Of a DNA stretch of 64,000 nucleotides, positions 60,572 through 64,000 are shown piece after piece (within the stretch, counting starts at the first letter, position 1; each line of letters begins with the position of its first letter). The position numbers were made by a program, and so were the translations under genes. The stretch comes from an uncultured delta proteobacterium (lineage in GTDB: Bacteria > Myxococcota_A > Polyangia > Polyangiales > Polyangiaceae): contig CAVOKF010000003.1 in the NCBI GenBank assembly GCA_963696385.1, forward strand, positions 608,001-672,000, written 5' to 3'. Below the pieces are notes generated by a model that saw only the letters and a program-made list of their open reading frames with translations, was not told the origin of the DNA and searched no databases.

Positions 60572-62656
60572 ATGTCGTCGGGCGAAAAGCCTTCGGGGCG
60601 ATCCGTTCCCCGACCGCTGTCGAGCGGTCCAGTCAAGTTCGGGCCATTCTGGCTCGACGCGCGCTTGGCCGTGGGCGGAACAGCCGAGGTGTACATGGCG
60701 CGGCCGATCGATCGCGCGGCTTACCCGCCCTCTCTGGTCATCAAAAGGCTTCTGCCGCAATTCGTGGGAGACCCGGAGGGGCGCACCATGTTCGAGCGGG
60801 AGGCGGCCCTGCATGCGGCTGTGCGCCACCGAAATGTAGTGCAGGTCTACGCATACGGCGAAGTCGGTGACGAGCCATGGCTCGCCATGGAGCTCATCGA
60901 CGGGTGCGACCTCTTCCGCTTGCTGCGACGGCTTTCGAGCGATGGGCGTGCCCTCGCGCCCGGACTCGCGACCTACATTGCCCGCGAACTCCTGAGCGCG
61001 CTTGAAAGCGTCCATGCGGCTTGTGACGTCGGCGGTCAGCCGATGGGGATCATTCATCGCGACGTGACGCCGTCGAACGTCTACCTGTCGCAACTCGGCC
61101 AAGTGAAGCTCGGCGACTTTGGAATCGCGCGATCGATGAGCCGGCCCACCGTCCGCGGCGCGGCCAGCGACATGCTCAAAGGTAAGTTCGCGTACCTTGC
61201 CCCCGAGCAAGTCGCCGGCGAGCCGTTCGATCATCGTGCCGACCTATTTGCGCTCGCAGCGGTGCTCAGCGAAACGATGCTCGGTCATCCCCTCTTCGGG
61301 GGCAGCGGTCAGCTGGCCGTCCTTCTGGCTATTCGAGATTGCCGAATCGACGCACTGCGCCACGCGAGCAGAGCCATGCCCGATGGCCTCTTTGCCGTTC
61401 TCGAGCGAGCGCTCGCCCGAACGCCGGAAGCGCGCTTTCCGACGGCCGCCGCCTTCTCCGAAGCGCTCGCACCCTTCGACGTCAATCCCCAAGCCGCGCG
61501 GGCCGAGCTCGGCGCGCTCGTCCGCTCCGTGCAGGCGACTCCCTCGGTCGAACAAATGCAAGCGGTCCGCGACAGCGCACGCAAGCTCCGCCTCCCGCGA
61601 GCGTCGTCGGTCGCGGAGCCGCCGACGAACGCCGCTTCCGAGCGAACCACGGGCGAGTACACGGCGGTTCCCTCGTTTGTCACCACAGCAGGCGGGGCCC
61701 GGTTCGGTCCGTGGCCATTTGCGCGGCTGGTCGAAGCCATCGCAACCGGTGTCGTCGGTCGTGGGGACTTGGTCGATTACACGGGAAGAGGCCTCCAACC
61801 AATCGAATCGATCGAAGACCTCGCGCGTTTCTTGCCGACCATGGGTGCCACCACGGACCGCGTCACAGGAATCGGAGCACCCGAGTTCGTCGACGAGGTG
61901 TCCACGACGGCTCTCGTCACGGTGCTTCTCCGGGTCGTGGAGCACGCAGCGACCGGAGTTCTCTTTGCCGAGGGGCCCGCGGAATCGCGACGTACGCTTC
62001 ACGCGGACGCCGCGGCCGGCCGCAAGGAGCTTTACTTCGTGGCGGGCAGGCTCCATCACGTCGCTTCCAACAACGCGAGCGAGCTTCTTGGCGAATACTT
62101 GGTGCGCCGAAAAATTCTCTCCCGGAGCGAGCTCGATTTCGCGCTGGCCGTCTTGCCTCGCTACGGTGGCAGAATGGGAGACACGCTCATCGGCTTGGGG
62201 CTCGTCGGATCGCTCGATATGTTTCGCGCCATTCGAGAACAGGGCTGCGATCGGATCGTCGACCTGTTCCGATGGCCCACAGGCAGACTGACGTTTTTCT
62301 CGGGCCAAACGGCGCCCCACGTCCAGTTTCCCCTGGACCTCGAGCTTCCGCCGCTGATCCTGGCTGGGATCGACGCCGCGTTCCCCGCCGAGGCTCCCCT
62401 CGCCGCCTGGCGCGATCGACTCGAAGGCCTCGTCGCCCCGATGTCCGCGCCTCCGCCGAACCTGCGCACGGCCGCTTGGCCCGCGATCGCGAAGCGGTTG
62501 CTCGAGTGCGTCGACCGGGCAACCCCCGTGCGCGGAGTGCTTGCCGCGGTTGCTCGCGACGGGACGACTACGGTAAATGACGCCCTTCGGGCGCTTGAAC
62601 TGCTGATCGCTGCGCGTTTGCTTTCCTTTGAAAAACCGCCGCGTGCCTCTGGCTGA
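60572..62656 (+). CDS. Cytoplasmic Ser/Thr protein kinase with GYF_2-like and DUF4388-like C-terminal domains
   Basis: GGTAEVY, VIKR, HRDVTPSN, DFG and YLAPEQ; RFGPWPFARLVEAI; KELYFVAG...LLGEYLVRR. Confidence 0.9.
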   Translation: MSSGEKPSGRSVPRPLSSGPVKFGPFWLDARLAVGGTAEVYMARPIDRAAYPPSLVIKRLLPQFVGDPEGRTMFEREAALHAAVRHRNVVQVYAYGEVGDEPWLAMELIDGCDLFRLLRRLSSDGRALAPGLATYIARELLSALESVHAACDVGGQPMGIIHRDVTPSNVYLSQLGQVKLGDFGIARSMSRPTVRGAASDMLKGKFAYLAPEQVAGEPFDHRADLFALAAVLSETMLGHPLFGGSGQLAVLLAIRDCRIDALRHASRAMPDGLFAVLERALARTPEARFPTAAAFSEALAPFDVNPQAARAELGALVRSVQATPSVEQMQAVRDSARKLRLPRASSVAEPPTNAASERTTGEYTAVPSFVTTAGGARFGPWPFARLVEAIATGVVGRGDLVDYTGRGLQPIESIEDLARFLPTMGATTDRVTGIGAPEFVDEVSTTALVTVLLRVVEHAATGVLFAEGPAESRRTLHADAAAGRKELYFVAGRLHHVASNNASELLGEYLVRRKILSRSELDFALAVLPRYGGRMGDTLIGLGLVGSLDMFRAIREQGCDRIVDLFRWPTGRLTFFSGQTAPHVQFPLDLELPPLILAGIDAAFPAEAPLAAWRDRLEGLVAPMSAPPPNLRTAAWPAIAKRLLECVDRATPVRGVLAAVARDGTTTVNDALRALELLIAARLLSFEKPPRASG

Positions 62657-62672
62657 GCCTGCGCTGCGCGGC

Positions 62673-64000
62673 ATGCGGCGGTTGTTGCCGATTGCGTTGC
62701 TCATGGGAGAACCGTCGGCGCGCGCCGAACCGTACGCGCCATCCGCCGCGGCCCCGACTCCACCGAACGCAACGAACGCGACCGCCTCCGGGTCGGGTTC
62801 CGCGCCGGCTGCGCCCGCGCAGTCGGGATTGCAGTCGCCGCCCCCCTCGCGGCCGGCCTCGGACTCAGAAGTCCTGCAGCCGCGTCGCTACGAGCTGGCG
62901 GGCTTCCCGATCGTCGGCGGCACGAGCGACATCGGCGTCCAGTTCGGCGCTGCTATTACCTTCACGCGGTTCCACGATCTCGATTTTCCTTATGCGTGGA
63001 ACATCGACCTGTTGCTCTCGGGCAGTTTCAAGGATGAGGCGAGCCGCGTCCGTTTGGAGCAACAGAGCCACGTCCTGCGCCTGGACGCACCGGATCTTTT
63101 CTCGGGAAAGGTGCGCCTGGACACGCGGGCAAGCTTCCAGCGAACCGTCAACGCCGGCTTCTTCGGACTCGGCAACACATCGACTCCACTCACGTGCGGG
63201 TCCCCCTATTACTGCAACGAATACGTCCAAGAAGAGGGGCGCGTACGCCTGATCGGGAGGGCGCAGACGGGCGTCGCCGGGCTCGCCTTCGCGTTCGGTG
63301 CCAATCTCAGGTACGAATCTCCAACCGTCTATCCGAATTCGGTCCTCTCATCGGACATCGCAATCGCTTCAACGGGCCAGGTTCCCCGCGCGATCGGCGC
63401 GCAGCCTGCCTTGCTCGGTGGACTGTCGGCGGGCCTGATGGTCGATACCCGCGACAGCGAGTTCATCACTCAACGCGGCATCTTCTATCAGCTGGGCGTC
63501 GGCCCGACGGTTGGCTCCGCCGAGCGCGTGAGTTACGGCGAAGCATCCGCCGTGATCGCGCACTATGCTCCCTTGGGGGGACCGTTTACGTTCGCCAGCC
63601 GATTCGTTTCCTCATTCCAGTTCGGACGCGTACCCTTTTACGATCTCGACCAAGGCGGAGTCTTCGAGCCGCAATACTTGTTCGGCGGCGAAACCGGCGT
63701 GCGGGGCGTGCCTCAAGGGCGGTATGGTGGTCGGGTCAAGATGCTCTCGAATACGGAAGTGCGAAGCACGCCGATTCCACGATTCGATCTGTTCGGACAG
63801 CATCTTCGCATTGGTACGACCACCTTCTTCGACGCCGGCCGAGTCTGGCTGGACTACAAAACGATTTCACCCGCCGACGGCAACACCATCCGACTCAAGT
63901 ATGGAGTCGGTGCCGGTGTTTTCCTTCAGTGGGGCGAGGCCGCAATCTTTCGCATCGAAGCGGCCTATTCGCCCGACGCCGTTGCCGAAAGTCCAAACTT
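62673..64000 (+). CDS. Omp85/BamA-TamA family outer-membrane beta-barrel protein (3' partial)
   Basis: Not in the ORF track because it has no stop in the window. Frame from ATG 62673 reads MRRLLPIALL..., FPIVGGTSDIGVQFG, FFGLGN, DTRDSE, GVRGVPQGRY, FFDAGRVW and GVGAG. Confidence 0.85.
   Translation, partial: MRRLLPIALLMGEPSARAEPYAPSAAAPTPPNATNATASGSGSAPAAPAQSGLQSPPPSRPASDSEVLQPRRYELAGFPIVGGTSDIGVQFGAAITFTRFHDLDFPYAWNIDLLLSGSFKDEASRVRLEQQSHVLRLDAPDLFSGKVRLDTRASFQRTVNAGFFGLGNTSTPLTCGSPYYCNEYVQEEGRVRLIGRAQTGVAGLAFAFGANLRYESPTVYPNSVLSSDIAIASTGQVPRAIGAQPALLGGLSAGLMVDTRDSEFITQRGIFYQLGVGPTVGSAERVSYGEASAVIAHYAPLGGPFTFASRFVSSFQFGRVPFYDLDQGGVFEPQYLFGGETGVRGVPQGRYGGRVKMLSNTEVRSTPIPRFDLFGQHLRIGTTTFFDAGRVWLDYKTISPADGNTIRLKYGVGAGVFLQWGEAAIFRIEAAYSPDAVAESPN

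Overview
A gene-dense, high-GC bacterial chromosomal segment with about 51 CDS. I found no rRNA, tRNA, CRISPR array, transposase or integrase. The gene repertoire (eukaryote-like Ser/Thr kinases with PEGA or DUF4388-like tails, a GAF class III cyclase, an MglA-family GTPase, a PP2C phosphatase, many Pro/Ala-rich lipoproteins) points to Myxococcota, probably Polyangiaceae; this is an inference. Housekeeping genes include accA, rel, hemW, nrdJ, thiL, bcp, thrB, gatB, ftsB, frr and hemE-hemH-hemY. The standout is a compact RiPP-like locus at 8.3-10.7 kb. It has a DUF692/MNIO multinuclear non-heme iron enzyme and a DUF2063-type partner gene that is inverted and overlaps a Ser/Thr kinase. Its 154-aa lipoprotein precursor carries two (Q/E)ASC(S/G)AG(G/T)CG motifs separated by a long Ala/Pro/Ser/Thr linker and is preceded by a TGAAAC-N16-CGTA ECF-type promoter. 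Together these suggest a membrane-anchored oxazolin/bufferin-like metal-binding protein. Other notable items: an RlmC/D m5U-methyltransferase-pseudouridine synthase fusion; two B12 acyl-CoA mutase large subunits with MCM-type versus ICM-type active-site residues; an MglA-like GTPase coupled to a PocR histidine kinase; an M48 peptidase-dynamin pair; a DUF362/polyferredoxin pair; a UshA-like multiheme cytochrome; and a recurring -10 hexamer exactly 6 nt before start codons, suggesting leaderless mRNAs. All family calls come from motif recognition by eye; no database searches were run.
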